Shown here piece after piece: positions 45,884-56,198 of a DNA stretch of 64,000 nucleotides. Each line of letters opens with the position of its first letter. Position 1 is the stretch's first letter. This DNA comes from an uncultured Anaerolineales bacterium (lineage in GTDB: Bacteria > Chloroflexota > Anaerolineae > B4-G1 > SLSP01), in assembly GCA_964437445.1 (NCBI GenBank), contig CAYTGR010000002.1:52406-116405 (forward strand). The letters are read 5' to 3'. The position numbers and the translations under genes are program-made. The notes below the pieces were generated by a model. That model did not search any database. It was not told where the DNA came from and saw only the letters and a list, made by a program, of their open reading frames with translations.

Positions 45884-46120
45884 TTTATCCTCCTTAAACT
45901 GTTCCTGACGTGAATGGGTACAACTACACTTCTATTGTAAGCAAATATGGTGGTTTTGCAATAGCAGCAGGGTTGGTGCATCTTCAGTAGAATGAACCGT
46001 TTGCCCGGTCCTGGTTGTTTCCCGCGACGCTACGCGCCGCGGGAAGAAAAAATTAGATGCACTTGCCTTAGTTCCCAAGGACGTCGGCCCGTTCAGAGGG
46101 GTTACGAAACTCTTTGAGAG

Positions 46121-46129
46121 TGATATAAT
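46121..46129 (+). promoter_or_regulatory. Extended -10 promoter of the GT2 gene
   Basis: TGATATAAT, adjacent to palindrome ACTCT-TTG-AGAGT (46109-46121). Confidence 0.5.
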
Positions 46130-46262
46130 ACTCATGCCTGCTACTTATTTCACCGGTGTGACGTATTAAGTGCTGTGAGTTCTGTGGTGGTAGCCGGCAC
46201 ATGCTGGCGGGACAAAAGAGTGAAATGCGCTAATCGCGAATAGATGAGGGCATAGGTTTAAA

Positions 46263-47723
46263 ATGATTTCTCAATGGATCGGTTACATCTACACAGCGGT
46301 CCTGGCGGGGTTGGCCCTGTACGCTGCTTATCTGGTGGTCCTGATTGGACTTTACCTGTGGCATCGGCGTGAGGGCTTGCCTGACCTGCCGGCGTTGCCG
46401 GAGTCGGAGCTGCCGCTGGTTACGGTGCAGATCCCGCTCCGCAATGAACGGTATGTGGTGCAGCGGATTCTGGAGGCGGTGGCCGGCTTGGATTGGCCCC
46501 ACGACCGGCTGCAAATTCAGGTGCTGGACGATTCCACGGATGATACGCTGGAGCTGGTGCAGGCGGAAGCGGCCCGCCTTGGAGCGACCAGGGTCACCAT
46601 TGACGTGTTGCACCGGGATCAACCCACCGGCTACAAAGCCGGCGCCCTGGCCGCGGGGTTGCCCCAGGCGCGGGGTGAGTACATCGCGATCTTTGATGCG
46701 GATTTCTGCCCGCCAGCTGATTTCCTGCGGCGCAGCGTGCCCTATCTGATTGCCAATCCGGCACTGGGCATGGTCCAGACGCGCTGGGAGCACCTGAATG
46801 CCGAGTACTCATTGGTCACACGTGCCCAGGCGCTGGCGCTGGATGCTCACTTTGCGGTGGAGCACATCGCCCGCAACCGTTCCGGGTTGTTGATGAATTT
46901 CAATGGAACCGGCGGTATCTGGCGGCGGCAGGCCATTGAGGAGGCCGGCGGCTGGCAGTGTGATACGGTGGCCGAAGATCTGGACTTGAGCTATCGGGCG
47001 CAGCTGGCCGGTTGGAAGGCCTTGTACCTGCCGGAAGTCACTGCGCCGGCTGAACTACCTCCCCTGGTACTGGCGTTTAAGAACCAGCAGTATCGTTGGG
47101 CCAAAGGGGCTACCCAGTGTTTGCGTAAACTGGCCGGACCGATTTTACGCTCGCGCCGGCTCAATGTTTTTCAGAAAATCATGGCCCTTTTGCACCTGAG
47201 CGGCTATCTCAATCAACCGCTGTTGCTGTTAATGATTTTTCTTACCTTGCCCATGGTGATGTATACACCCCATTTGCCTGAGCTGGCAGCTCTCTTGGGC
47301 ACCCTGGCCTCCATTCCGCCGGTGCTGTACTTGCTGGGCCAGATGGCGTTGCGTCCCGATTGGCTGCGCCGGATTCTCTACTATCCCATGTTGATGTTCT
47401 TTGGCATCGGATTGGCCTGGAGTAACACCCTGGCGATCATAGATGGGCTAAGCCATTGGGGCGGCACCTTTGTCCGTACACCCAAATTTCATCTCCAGGG
47501 GCGCAAAGGGGATTGGAAGCGTTCCAGCTATCGCGCGCCGGCCAATTACACCCTGTTGGGTGAGCTGCTGATCGGTCTATATGCTTTTGTGGCGGTATGG
47601 CAGGCTATCCAACTCCGGCAGCAGGGCTTGGTGCCGTTTATCATGATTTACGTGGTGGGTGAAATGCTGATGATCTGGGCGACGCTCACCCAGACCGCCC
47701 GGCCGGCCACCCTCAGAAAATAA
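46263..47723 (+). CDS. GT2 processive glycosyltransferase (cellulose synthase-like)
   Basis: QVLDDSTD, YKAGAL, FDADF, AEDLDL and QQYRWAKG (D,D,D,QxxRW); C-terminal TM helices. Confidence 0.93.
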   Translation: MISQWIGYIYTAVLAGLALYAAYLVVLIGLYLWHRREGLPDLPALPESELPLVTVQIPLRNERYVVQRILEAVAGLDWPHDRLQIQVLDDSTDDTLELVQAEAARLGATRVTIDVLHRDQPTGYKAGALAAGLPQARGEYIAIFDADFCPPADFLRRSVPYLIANPALGMVQTRWEHLNAEYSLVTRAQALALDAHFAVEHIARNRSGLLMNFNGTGGIWRRQAIEEAGGWQCDTVAEDLDLSYRAQLAGWKALYLPEVTAPAELPPLVLAFKNQQYRWAKGATQCLRKLAGPILRSRRLNVFQKIMALLHLSGYLNQPLLLLMIFLTLPMVMYTPHLPELAALLGTLASIPPVLYLLGQMALRPDWLRRILYYPMLMFFGIGLAWSNTLAIIDGLSHWGGTFVRTPKFHLQGRKGDWKRSSYRAPANYTLLGELLIGLYAFVAVWQAIQLRQQGLVPFIMIYVVGEMLMIWATLTQTARPATLRK

Positions 47724-47741
47724 GCCGGCTTTGATATGCCG

Positions 47742-47767
47742 CGGCCGGACCCCTCAGGGTCCGGCCG
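47742..47767. terminator. Hairpin between convergent genes
   Basis: CGGCCGGACCC-CTCA-GGGTCCGGCCG 11-bp stem. Confidence 0.6.
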
Positions 47768-47795
47768 TTAAGCAAGCCAGCTATGTTGGCCGATG

Positions 47796-48290
47796 CTACT
47801 TCTTGGGTTCTGGCTCCACATCTACGACCACGCCGGCCTGCGGAACGGGCTTGGCCGGCTTAGGCGGCTCCAGCTGGGGGGGTTGTAAATCCTGCGGCAT
47901 GAACGTTTGTCCACGCAGGTAAGCCCCTTCGTTGATCAGGAGTGACTTGATCGTCAGGTCGCCCCATACCCGGCCCGTGTCCAGGATTTCCACCCGGTTG
48001 GCTGTGATGTTGCCTCTGACTGCCCCGGCGATGGAAATGTTGTTGGCCTTGATTTCGGCCAGAACCTTGGCGCTCTCGGTGATCACCAGATTGCCGGTGG
48101 TCTCCACGGTGCCTTCTACAATGCCTTCAATACGAATGCCGCCATCGCTGCGGACTTCACCCTTGATGTGGGTGTTGGGACCGATGACGGTTTCAATGGC
48201 CTGCGGCGCTCCTGCCGGGCGCACGCCCGCAGCCATGGGTTGAGAGGGCGGCTGAGCAGCGGTAGGAGCGGGTTTGTCTTTTCCAAACAT
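47796..48290 (-). CDS. Bactofilin (polymer-forming cytoskeletal protein)
   Basis: ETVIG...IKGE...IRIEG.VEG.V...I.G.V.GNI.A..VEI...G.VWGD.....L.INEGA beta-helix with Pro-rich tails. Start MFGK at 48290. Confidence 0.92.
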   Translation of the reverse strand: MFGKDKPAPTAAQPPSQPMAAGVRPAGAPQAIETVIGPNTHIKGEVRSDGGIRIEGIVEGTVETTGNLVITESAKVLAEIKANNISIAGAVRGNITANRVEILDTGRVWGDLTIKSLLINEGAYLRGQTFMPQDLQPPQLEPPKPAKPVPQAGVVVDVEPEPKK

Positions 48291-48375
48291 TGGATTCCTC
48301 CTTACTTGGGTTGAATTCAACTACAATCATATGTGGTCTGGGAAGATTGTCAAACGGTGGCGTGGCCAGAGACCT

Positions 48376-48867
48376 TCACTGAGCGGCGGATTCACACATT
48401 TGCCGGGCCTGCCCCAGAGCCTGTTGTTCTTCAGCGCTGAGGCTGTAGGAAGAGCGCCACTGGACGAGCGGTTTGGCGTAGAGGCGGGTTTCGTCGCGCC
48501 CATGCAAGCTGGTCAGGATGAGACCGCTGCCGGCTTCATCTACCAGGGCCACCGAGAAGCTCTGGTCGCCGCCGATACCGCTGAAGGCTTGATAGCGGAC
48601 AATCCCGTAGCCCTGAATGGTGTGCGGCAGGATAGCTCCGTGGCGTTTGAGGGTAGCCTCAGAGCGCTCCAGGCGCGCGGTTTGTTCCTCCAGCCGGGTC
48701 AACAGGCGGGCGATGGTGGCTTGATCGGCGTCGTCAGCCAGCGCCAGCAGCCGTTGATAGCGTTCCTCCAGCTTGCCGAGGCGCTTTTCCAGGGTGTAGA
48801 TCCAATAAGCGGCGATGAACAACAAGAGCGTGGCGGCAATGATCCACGGCAGCACAAATCCTTCCAT
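48376..48867 (-). CDS. DUF4446-like membrane-anchored protein
   Basis: N-terminal TM, coiled coil, GIVRYQAF..IGGDQSFSVAL.D..GSG..LTSLHGR...R.YAKP and LS.EE. Confidence 0.8.
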   Translation of the reverse strand: MEGFVLPWIIAATLLLFIAAYWIYTLEKRLGKLEERYQRLLALADDADQATIARLLTRLEEQTARLERSEATLKRHGAILPHTIQGYGIVRYQAFSGIGGDQSFSVALVDEAGSGLILTSLHGRDETRLYAKPLVQWRSSYSLSAEEQQALGQARQMCESAAQ

Positions 48868-48952
48868 GAACTTACCTCTTCGGTTCAGATGACGGGTCCC
48901 TAATCGATCTGATTATACCTGCTTTCCCATCCTTGTCTAACTGCGAGTGAGG

Positions 48953-48980
48953 TTGAACTGCTTTCGTCCTGTGTTATACT
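48953..48980 (+). promoter_or_regulatory. Promoter of the L,D-transpeptidase gene
   Basis: TTGAAC, 16 nt ending in TGT, then TATACT. Confidence 0.5.
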
Positions 48981-48999
48981 ACTGGATCAGAGGTGTGTT

Positions 49000-50067
49000 A
49001 TGACGGTACGGTTGACCCGCCGGCAATTTCTCAAGCTCATTGTCGCCAGCGCGGCTGCCACGGCGCTCTCGCCGGCCTGGCACGCGCGGGCCGATTATCC
49101 GCTCCCGCCTGAAGAGGGTTACACGGGGAAATCTCCCTGGGTCTGGATGGGACGTCCCATCCACACCGTGACGTTTTACGAGGAAGCCAGCACTTCCTCT
49201 AAACGCTTGGCCACCCGCGCCCGCGACCAGGGGTTCCAAATTTTAGAAGAGGTGCGTGCCCCTTACACGCCCCACAACAATCTCTGGTACAAAACTTTGC
49301 TGGGGTACGTGCCTTCGGCGTGGGTGTTGCCCGTGCGGGTTTACGGCCCGCAGCCGTTTATTGAAACGATAGGGGAATGGGGCTTTTGGGGCGAGGTGGC
49401 GCAGATCTCAACCGTCGCTTACACTGCGCCAAGCCTCTCGGCCGGGCAGGTGTACCGCTTCTACGGCGGGACGGTTTACCATGTGATAGAGGCCTTCAAG
49501 GACGAGCAGGGGACCGGCTGGTACAAGGTCTACGATGAATATCCGCCGACCTCGCCTTCGGCGCAGTGGGTGCTGGCTAAGGACATCCGGCGTATCCCGC
49601 GTGACGAACTGGCGCCGATCCACCCTTTTGTCGGCCAAAAGCGCATAGAGGTGGATCTGCAACTCCAGCAGTTGACCTGCTACGAGGGTGAGCGGCTGGC
49701 CTTCACCACGCAGGTGGCCTCCGGACTGCCGGGGGAGACAGCCACACCCGTGGGCGACCATGTCGTGCGGCTCAAGCAACCGTCGCGCCACATGAGCAAT
49801 ATTCCCTATCCGGGCGGACCGGAACCGCTGGGCGATCCTTTTGATCTGCCGGGGGTGCCGTGGAACACCTTCTTTGATCTGAGCGGCACGGCGATCCACG
49901 GGACCTACTGGCACAATGATTTCGGCATCCCGCGCAGTCACGGCTGCCTGAACGTTTCCACCGAGGCCGCGCACTGGATCTATCGCTGGGTTTACCCCAT
50001 TGGCGGCTACGAGGACGATTTCATCCGCAGCGATGAGCGGGTTGGTACCCCGGTGTTGATTCGGTAG
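49000..50067 (+). CDS. Tat-exported L,D-transpeptidase (YkuD family)
   Basis: Twin-arginine RRQFLK; IEVDL..Q.L; TP.G; AIHGTYWH...G.PRSHGCLN. Confidence 0.93.
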   Translation: MTVRLTRRQFLKLIVASAAATALSPAWHARADYPLPPEEGYTGKSPWVWMGRPIHTVTFYEEASTSSKRLATRARDQGFQILEEVRAPYTPHNNLWYKTLLGYVPSAWVLPVRVYGPQPFIETIGEWGFWGEVAQISTVAYTAPSLSAGQVYRFYGGTVYHVIEAFKDEQGTGWYKVYDEYPPTSPSAQWVLAKDIRRIPRDELAPIHPFVGQKRIEVDLQLQQLTCYEGERLAFTTQVASGLPGETATPVGDHVVRLKQPSRHMSNIPYPGGPEPLGDPFDLPGVPWNTFFDLSGTAIHGTYWHNDFGIPRSHGCLNVSTEAAHWIYRWVYPIGGYEDDFIRSDERVGTPVLIR

Positions 50068-50094
50068 ACATTGGGAAGCGCGGCTTTGTTCTGT

Positions 50095-51006
50095 CTACCG
50101 TTTATTTTCTACCTGGAATGTTTGCGCTAACAGTAGCAGGAGTGGGGTTAGCTGCTGGCGGCCTTCCACCTTCACCCGCAGTACATAAAGCCGGTAATCC
50201 GGCCCCTGCATGACCCACGCCCGCCCCGGCCCGCCGTTGGATCCAGGCCACGTTTCCTCAAACACAAAGGCTGGCCGCTCCTGCCAGGTGGATTCCTTCA
50301 CAGCGCCGACTTGTGGCAGGTGTTGTGGATCGTAAGTCGCTTCCAGCAGGGCCAGGGCGTTGTTGAGCAGCAGCGGCTCAGTGGGGCCGGGGGCCCAGGC
50401 CAGGGAGAGCTCTTCGTTCCGGTAGCGCCATCTCCGGCGGCCTGCGGCCGTGTCCCCTTCGGCGCTCGCCTCGGTGAAATTTTCCGGCACTGCCAGCGTG
50501 ACCCCGGCGGGCAACGCGGTGCTCAGGTCCCGCAGCCGGAGCGGGCGCGGCTGGAAGGTGAGGCTGCGTTCGCCGCTCACCTCCAGCGGGGTGTGGACAG
50601 TCACGACTAACCGCCATTCGCCGGTGGCCGTTAACGGCAATTGCAGCGGCTCCGGCGCGACGTACAGGCTCCCCGTCTGGGGCTGGAGCCGGAACATCTG
50701 ATAAGGACGGTCCTGGTCGTCCAGGACCAGGGCGGTAACCGTCGCCTCTGCTTGGAGACCGGCCGGTGGGATCAGCGCCACCTCCACCGGGATGGCCTGC
50801 AAGGCCGAGACTTGCGTCGGCCAGTGGATCGCCAGTACGAGCGGTGGGAGGGGCGTGGGCGTGGGCGTGGGGGCCGGCGTTGGCGTCGGCGTGGGCGGCC
50901 GGGGCGTGACCGTCGGCGGGCTGGCGGTGGGAGTTGAGGCCGGCGTCGGTGCGCAGGCCGCCAGCAGCAGGCCGGCGAACAGGAGGAATACCAGCGTGCG
51001 TTTCAT
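50095..51006 (-). CDS. Lipoprotein with Pro/Thr-rich linker
   Basis: MKRTLVFLLFAGLLLAAC lipobox. True start ATG 51006; the track's 330-aa N-terminal extension crosses a heptamer repeat and is antisense to the MFS gene. Confidence 0.8.
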   Translation of the reverse strand: MKRTLVFLLFAGLLLAACAPTPASTPTASPPTVTPRPPTPTPTPAPTPTPTPLPPLVLAIHWPTQVSALQAIPVEVALIPPAGLQAEATVTALVLDDQDRPYQMFRLQPQTGSLYVAPEPLQLPLTATGEWRLVVTVHTPLEVSGERSLTFQPRPLRLRDLSTALPAGVTLAVPENFTEASAEGDTAAGRRRWRYRNEELSLAWAPGPTEPLLLNNALALLEATYDPQHLPQVGAVKESTWQERPAFVFEETWPGSNGGPGRAWVMQGPDYRLYVLRVKVEGRQQLTPLLLLLAQTFQVENKR

Positions 51007-51026
51007 GCTTTTGTTGTGAGCTCCAT

Positions 51027-51095
51027 TAAACGTGAAACGTGATACGTGAAACGTGAAACGTGATAAAGTGTCCCGCTGGACTTCAGGTTTCACGT
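51027..51095. repeat. Heptamer tandem array (CGTGAAA/CGTGATA)
   Basis: AAACGTG AAACGTG ATACGTG AAACGTG AAACGTG, with a short inverted TTTCACGT; same family as 30688. Confidence 0.8.
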
Positions 51096-51237
51096 CGCCT
51101 ACCAGGTACAATGGCGCAGTGTAACACGTGAACCGGATTTCGCCAAGCGCAAAAATCTCAGGTTCGCATATAATCCGCCATGCTAAACTTGACTGCGCGA
51201 TCCTTGATTCCTGATTCTTGATTCTATGGAGCCACCT

Positions 51238-52527
51238 ATGATTACTCGTCGCCTTTGGATTGCTGTCGTTTTGTTGGGCTTTGCCGGGCAACTGGCCTGG
51301 GCGGTGGAAAACCAGTTCTTCAACACCTTCATCTATGACCAGATCACTCCCGACCCGCGCCCGATCTCCTGGATGGTCGCAGCGAGTGCCGTCACGGCGA
51401 CGCTGACCAGCATCTTGATGGGCGCGCTGAGTGACCGGACCCGCACCCGCTGGGGCCGGCGCAAACCCTTCATCCTGCTGGGCTATCTGGCCTGGGGCGT
51501 GTTGACGGCGCTCTACCCCACGGCGGCCTTTTTCCATCCCGTGGCGCTGGCCGTGGCGCTGGCGATCCTGTTTGATTGTGTGATGACCTTCTTCGGCTCC
51601 ACTGCCAACGACGCCACGCTCAACGCCTATGTGACCGACATTACCACGCCGGCCAACCGGGGCCGGATGGTGAGCGTGCTGGAGATTATGACCTGGGTGG
51701 CCGTGCTCATTGTCTATGGCGGCTCCGGGCTGATCATTGAGGCGTGGGGTTACTACACCTTTTTCTATTTGATCGGCGGCCTGGTTTTTGTCGTCGGCCT
51801 GATCGGTGGGCTGCTGATCCGGGAGCCGGAGTCGCCACCGCGCCCCACCACCGGCTACTGGGTCGATATCGCTGCAACTCTGCGCCCGGCGACGTTGCGC
51901 GCGCACCGCGATCTGTTCCTGTTGTTGCTGGCGATGGGGTTGTGGGGGGTAGCGCAGCAGATCTTCTTCCCCTACCTGATGATTTATCTCAACCACTTTA
52001 TCGGTGTTACGGCGGCGCAGTCGTCGTTGTTGATCTTCCTGGCGATTTTCATCGGCGGCATTGTGCTCTCGTTCCCGCTGGGACTGGCGGTAGATCGCTG
52101 GGGGCGGCGGCCGGTGGCGTTGGCGGCAGTGCTCGGTGAACTGGTGGGACTCGTGGCCTTCTCGCTGGCGCGCTCGTTCCCGCTGCTGGTCCTCACAGGC
52201 GTGCTCTGGCTGGCCCCGTTGACCGCCTGGACGATTGCGACCGGTGCCTGGAGCAAAGATCTCTTCCCGGAGGCCCAGCGCGGTCAGTTTGCCGGTTACG
52301 TGATCCTCTTCACGGTCGCCTTCACCATGGTGCCGGGACCGCTGCTCGGCGGCTGGCTGGCGACCCGTTTTGGCATCCCGACGGTGCTGGAGGGCCGCGC
52401 CGGATTTATCCCAACGCCGGTCATCTTCCAGGCGGCCGCGGCGGTGACCTTGCTGGCGGCGCTGCCGCTCTTCTGGATCAAGACAAAAGAGACGATGGAC
52501 GACAGACCACTGACCACCACTGAGTAA
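51238..52527 (+). CDS. MFS transporter (sugar-type)
   Basis: GALSDRTRTRWGRRKPFI, AYVTDIT....RG and DRWGRR motifs; about 12 TM helices. Confidence 0.9.
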   Translation: MITRRLWIAVVLLGFAGQLAWAVENQFFNTFIYDQITPDPRPISWMVAASAVTATLTSILMGALSDRTRTRWGRRKPFILLGYLAWGVLTALYPTAAFFHPVALAVALAILFDCVMTFFGSTANDATLNAYVTDITTPANRGRMVSVLEIMTWVAVLIVYGGSGLIIEAWGYYTFFYLIGGLVFVVGLIGGLLIREPESPPRPTTGYWVDIAATLRPATLRAHRDLFLLLLAMGLWGVAQQIFFPYLMIYLNHFIGVTAAQSSLLIFLAIFIGGIVLSFPLGLAVDRWGRRPVALAAVLGELVGLVAFSLARSFPLLVLTGVLWLAPLTAWTIATGAWSKDLFPEAQRGQFAGYVILFTVAFTMVPGPLLGGWLATRFGIPTVLEGRAGFIPTPVIFQAAAAVTLLAALPLFWIKTKETMDDRPLTTTE

Positions 52528-52550
52528 AGCGACTATTTTCAGAGGGTGCT

Positions 52551-54800
52551 ATGCCCGCGTTAATCCGTTTCCTGTTGTCCAATGCCGTGCGGATCACCCA
52601 CGCGCCGCCCGGCACGCCGGAACGGCCCTGGCTGGAGCACGTCTTGTTGCCTGCGCCGGCAGTGCCGCCGGAGCAGGTCCGGCTGGCCGTGAGCGAAGCG
52701 GCCGGCTGTATCCGCGTTACCGCCCCGGATGGAACGGCGTTGCTGGAGGAGGCCCGGCCGGCCGAGGTGCGCGCCGGCGGGCGCGTCCGGCTGGCCTTCC
52801 ACCTGCGGCCCGGCGAGGGCTTCTACGGCGGCGGCGAGTGGTTCAACGCTTTCCGCCGGGAGCGCGGCGTGGTGCATCTGCGCGCGCGGGAATCCCCGGC
52901 GCTCTTGCAACACCGGCAGACCTACTCCACGCTCCCCTTTTTCCTCAGCGACCGGGGATACGGGCTTTTCTTGCTCAACAGCCACGCGAGCACCTGGCGC
53001 TGGGCCCCGGAGCGCGGCGTGCTGGAAGTGGACGCGATTGGGCCGCCGGCCGATTACGTCGTTTTCTACGGCCCCGGCTTCAAGGAAATCGTGGCGGCCT
53101 ATACGGCCTTGACCGGGCGGCCGCCACTCCTGCCCCGCTGGGCCTTCGGCCTCTGGGTGACCGGCTACCCGCAGGCCCCTCAGGATGAGGTGGTGACGCA
53201 TGTGGCCGAGCACCGGCGGCGGGCCATCCCGCTGGATGCGGTGATCCTGGACTATCATTGGGAAGAGCGCTTCCACAATTTCCGCTGGCGGCGTGAGATC
53301 GTCCCCGATCCCAACCGGCTGATCGCCGACCTGCGGGCGCAGGGCGTCCGCCTGGGTCTGATCCTGACGCCGTTCCAGAACAACCGGACCCGCTGGCTGC
53401 TCAAGGTGTTGCTCTACCTGTTCATCAAGGACATTCCACCGGGGTTGTTCACCGCCGACGAGCGGGTGCTGCCGGAGTATGAAGCGGCCCGTGCGCATGG
53501 TTACTTCGCCCACACGCGCGCCGTCTGGTGGTTCGGCGGCGGCGGAATGGTAGATTTCACCAACCCGGCGGCCGCCGCCTGGTGGAACGCGCAGCTCAAG
53601 CCGCTCTATGACCAGGGAGTCGCTTTTTTCAAGAACGACGACGGCGAATATCTGCCCGACGACGCGGTGAGCGCGCTGGGCATGGATGGGCGCGAATACC
53701 ACAATCTCTACGGCTTCTTTTACGGGCGGGCATTGTATGAGGGAATGGCCGCGTTAGATGACCGGCGGCCGCTTGTCTACGCCCGCTCGGTCTGGGCCGG
53801 CTCGCAGCGCTACCCGGCGCTTTTCCTCGGTGACCAGCAGCCGACTTTTGACCACAGCCGCAGCACGCTGCGCGCCGGGCTGAACCTGGGGCTGGCGGGC
53901 TTCGCCTATTGGACGGCCGACGTCTTCGGCCTGGACGGCAAAACAACACCGGAGACGCATATGCGCTACGCCCAATGGGCGCTGCTCGTGCCGGTGGCGC
54001 GTTATTTCATTCGCCCGCCGGCGGTGGATGCCACCCGCTTCCCCTGGTCGCATAACGCGGCGGTGGAGGCCAATTTCCGCGCCTGCGCGCAATTGCGCTA
54101 TCGGTTGTTGCCGACCTACAGTGCCCTCGCCTGGCAGGCCCATCAGACCGGTTTACCGTTGCTGCGCCCCTTGTTGCTGGAGTTCCCGGACGATCCCCGT
54201 TTGCGGATGGTGGAGGATGAGATCATGCTCGGCCCGTCGTTGTTGCTCGCGCCGGTAGTGGAGCCGGGGGCGACGCAGCGGCGTATCGTCCTGCCTGCCG
54301 GCCGGTGGCATGATTTCTGGACTGACCGGAGTTGGGAGGGCGGTGGAACGATTGAGTACGACGCGCCGCTGGAGCGGCTGCCGTTGCTCGTGCGCGGCGG
54401 TTCGCTCCTGCTGTTGGGCCCGCCGTTAGAGTGCATCCCTGACGGTCACCGCTTTGATCGGCTGGAACTCCATGCCTGGCCGCCCTATCCGGCCACGACG
54501 TTGCTCTACGACGATGACGGGCAGACGCGCGCCTACGAACGCGGCGCTTGCTCCGTCACCCGGATGGTGGCCGAGGCGAGCCTGGATGGCATCGTGGTGT
54601 GCATCAGCGCCGCCGAGGGCAGCTTCCCGGAGCAGGTCGCCGTGCGAGAGATCACCGTTATCTTGCATCGTGTGGCGCTTCCCGCCGGCGTCACTGTCAA
54701 TGGGCGGCCGGTGGCGGGGTGGGAGCATTCCGGTGACGAGACCCGCATCGTGGTAGCGTGCCCGGTGGATCAGGAGACCGTCGTCGCTGTGCAGGGCTGA
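52551..54800 (+). CDS. GH31 alpha-glycosidase (alpha-xylosidase-like)
   Basis: YTALTGRPPLLPRWAFG, IPLDAVILDYHW, VDFTNP.A..WW, nucleophile FFKNDDGE, SVWAGSQRY and acid/base WTADVFG. Confidence 0.92.
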   Translation: MPALIRFLLSNAVRITHAPPGTPERPWLEHVLLPAPAVPPEQVRLAVSEAAGCIRVTAPDGTALLEEARPAEVRAGGRVRLAFHLRPGEGFYGGGEWFNAFRRERGVVHLRARESPALLQHRQTYSTLPFFLSDRGYGLFLLNSHASTWRWAPERGVLEVDAIGPPADYVVFYGPGFKEIVAAYTALTGRPPLLPRWAFGLWVTGYPQAPQDEVVTHVAEHRRRAIPLDAVILDYHWEERFHNFRWRREIVPDPNRLIADLRAQGVRLGLILTPFQNNRTRWLLKVLLYLFIKDIPPGLFTADERVLPEYEAARAHGYFAHTRAVWWFGGGGMVDFTNPAAAAWWNAQLKPLYDQGVAFFKNDDGEYLPDDAVSALGMDGREYHNLYGFFYGRALYEGMAALDDRRPLVYARSVWAGSQRYPALFLGDQQPTFDHSRSTLRAGLNLGLAGFAYWTADVFGLDGKTTPETHMRYAQWALLVPVARYFIRPPAVDATRFPWSHNAAVEANFRACAQLRYRLLPTYSALAWQAHQTGLPLLRPLLLEFPDDPRLRMVEDEIMLGPSLLLAPVVEPGATQRRIVLPAGRWHDFWTDRSWEGGGTIEYDAPLERLPLLVRGGSLLLLGPPLECIPDGHRFDRLELHAWPPYPATTLLYDDDGQTRAYERGACSVTRMVAEASLDGIVVCISAAEGSFPEQVAVREITVILHRVALPAGVTVNGRPVAGWEHSGDETRIVVACPVDQETVVAVQG

Positions 54801-54845
54801 ATTGAACTATGGTACAATCAACCTCAGCCGTGATCGTGGTATCGG

Positions 54846-54909
54846 CGATAAGTGTTATTCACGATTTTAACCCTGGCCCATCATCGGTTATAATATACAC
54901 TTATCGTGA
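54846..54909. promoter_or_regulatory. Promoter and inverted repeats upstream of fabF
   Basis: CGATAAGTGT (54846-54855) / ACACTTATCG (54897-54906) flank a TATAAT. Confidence 0.4.
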
Positions 54910-54943
54910 CTGACACGGGTTATTACTTTTAGAGGAGGGAAGG

Positions 54944-56194
54944 ATGAGCGAACGACCACGGGTGGTCATCACCGGCGTAGGGGCGCTGACCCCGTTGGGT
55001 TTGACCGTCCGCGAGACCTGGGATAACTTGCTCGCGGGGAAATCGGGCGTTGGTCCCATCACGTTTTTTGATGCCTCTCAATTGCCCACACGGATTGCTG
55101 GTGAAGTCAAAGGTTTTGATCCCGGCCAATACATGTCACCGAAAGAGGCGCGACGGATGGCCCGCTGTTCGCAACTGGCGGTGGCTTGCATTCAAGAGAC
55201 GCTGAGCGACGCCGGACTGCCCACCCCAGTTCCTGACGGCGAGCGGACCGGCACGGCGATCGGGGTCGGAATGGGGGGGCTGGATTTTGCGCTGGCCCAG
55301 TCGCGCACTTTCTGGGCGAAGGGATTGCGGGCGACCAGTCCTTTTGCGCTGGTGGCCTCGCTGCCCAATATGCCTTCGTATCATGTCAGCCTGCATGCTA
55401 AGGCGATGGGGCCGATCACGACGCCGGTGGCAGCCTGCGCGGCGGGCGTTCAGGCCATCGGTGAGGCCACCGAGATGATCCGCATGGGCCGTGCCGATCG
55501 GATGCTGGCCGGTGGTGTGGAGGGGCTGGTAGACGAAGTGCCCATTGCCGCTTTCAGTGTGATGGGGGCGCTTTCTACGCGCAACGACGAGCCGCAACGG
55601 GCCAGCCGGCCGTTTGACAGGGACCGGGATGGTTTTGTTTATGCCGAGGGGGCCGGCATCGTCGTGGTGGAGCGGCTGGACCTGGCGCTGGCGCGCGGCG
55701 CGCGCATCTATGCTGAGGTGCTCGGCTACGCCTCCTCGTCGGATGCGTACCACATCGCGCAGCCGGACCCCGAAGGCAAAGGGGCGCAACGGGCGATGCG
55801 CTGGGCGCTGGCGGATGCCGGGGTCGCGCTGGAGGAGGTGGATTACATCAACACCCACGGGACCGGCACGCCGCTTAACGATCCCATTGAGACTTTCGCC
55901 ATCAAGCAGGTTTTTGGCGCGCACGCTTACCGCCTGGCGATCAATTCTACCAAATCCATGATCGGCCATGCGATGGGGGGCGCTTCGGCCATTGAGACGA
56001 TTGTGATGGCGCTGTCTCTGCTGGAAGGGGTGCTTCATCCCACGGCTAATCTGGAGCATCCCGATCCGGCTTGCGACCTGGATTACATCCCCGGAGCAGC
56101 ACGCAAGGCCGATGTGCGGGTGGCGCTCAAAAATGCTTTTGGCTTTGGCGGTCAGAACGCTTGCCTGGTATTGCGACGATGGGAGGGGCGGTAA
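54944..56194 (+). CDS. fabF: 3-oxoacyl-ACP synthase II
   Basis: RVVITGVGALTPLG, catalytic ACAAG, NTHGTGT, KSMIGH and NAFGFGGQNA. Confidence 0.95.
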   Translation: MSERPRVVITGVGALTPLGLTVRETWDNLLAGKSGVGPITFFDASQLPTRIAGEVKGFDPGQYMSPKEARRMARCSQLAVACIQETLSDAGLPTPVPDGERTGTAIGVGMGGLDFALAQSRTFWAKGLRATSPFALVASLPNMPSYHVSLHAKAMGPITTPVAACAAGVQAIGEATEMIRMGRADRMLAGGVEGLVDEVPIAAFSVMGALSTRNDEPQRASRPFDRDRDGFVYAEGAGIVVVERLDLALARGARIYAEVLGYASSSDAYHIAQPDPEGKGAQRAMRWALADAGVALEEVDYINTHGTGTPLNDPIETFAIKQVFGAHAYRLAINSTKSMIGHAMGGASAIETIVMALSLLEGVLHPTANLEHPDPACDLDYIPGAARKADVRVALKNAFGFGGQNACLVLRRWEGR

Positions 56195-56198
56195 TCCA

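Noticed and set aside
51007-51996. Apparent 633-aa ORF 50095-51996
   Set aside because: The upstream 330 codons are antisense to the MFS gene and cross a repeat. The real gene is the lipoprotein starting at 51006.
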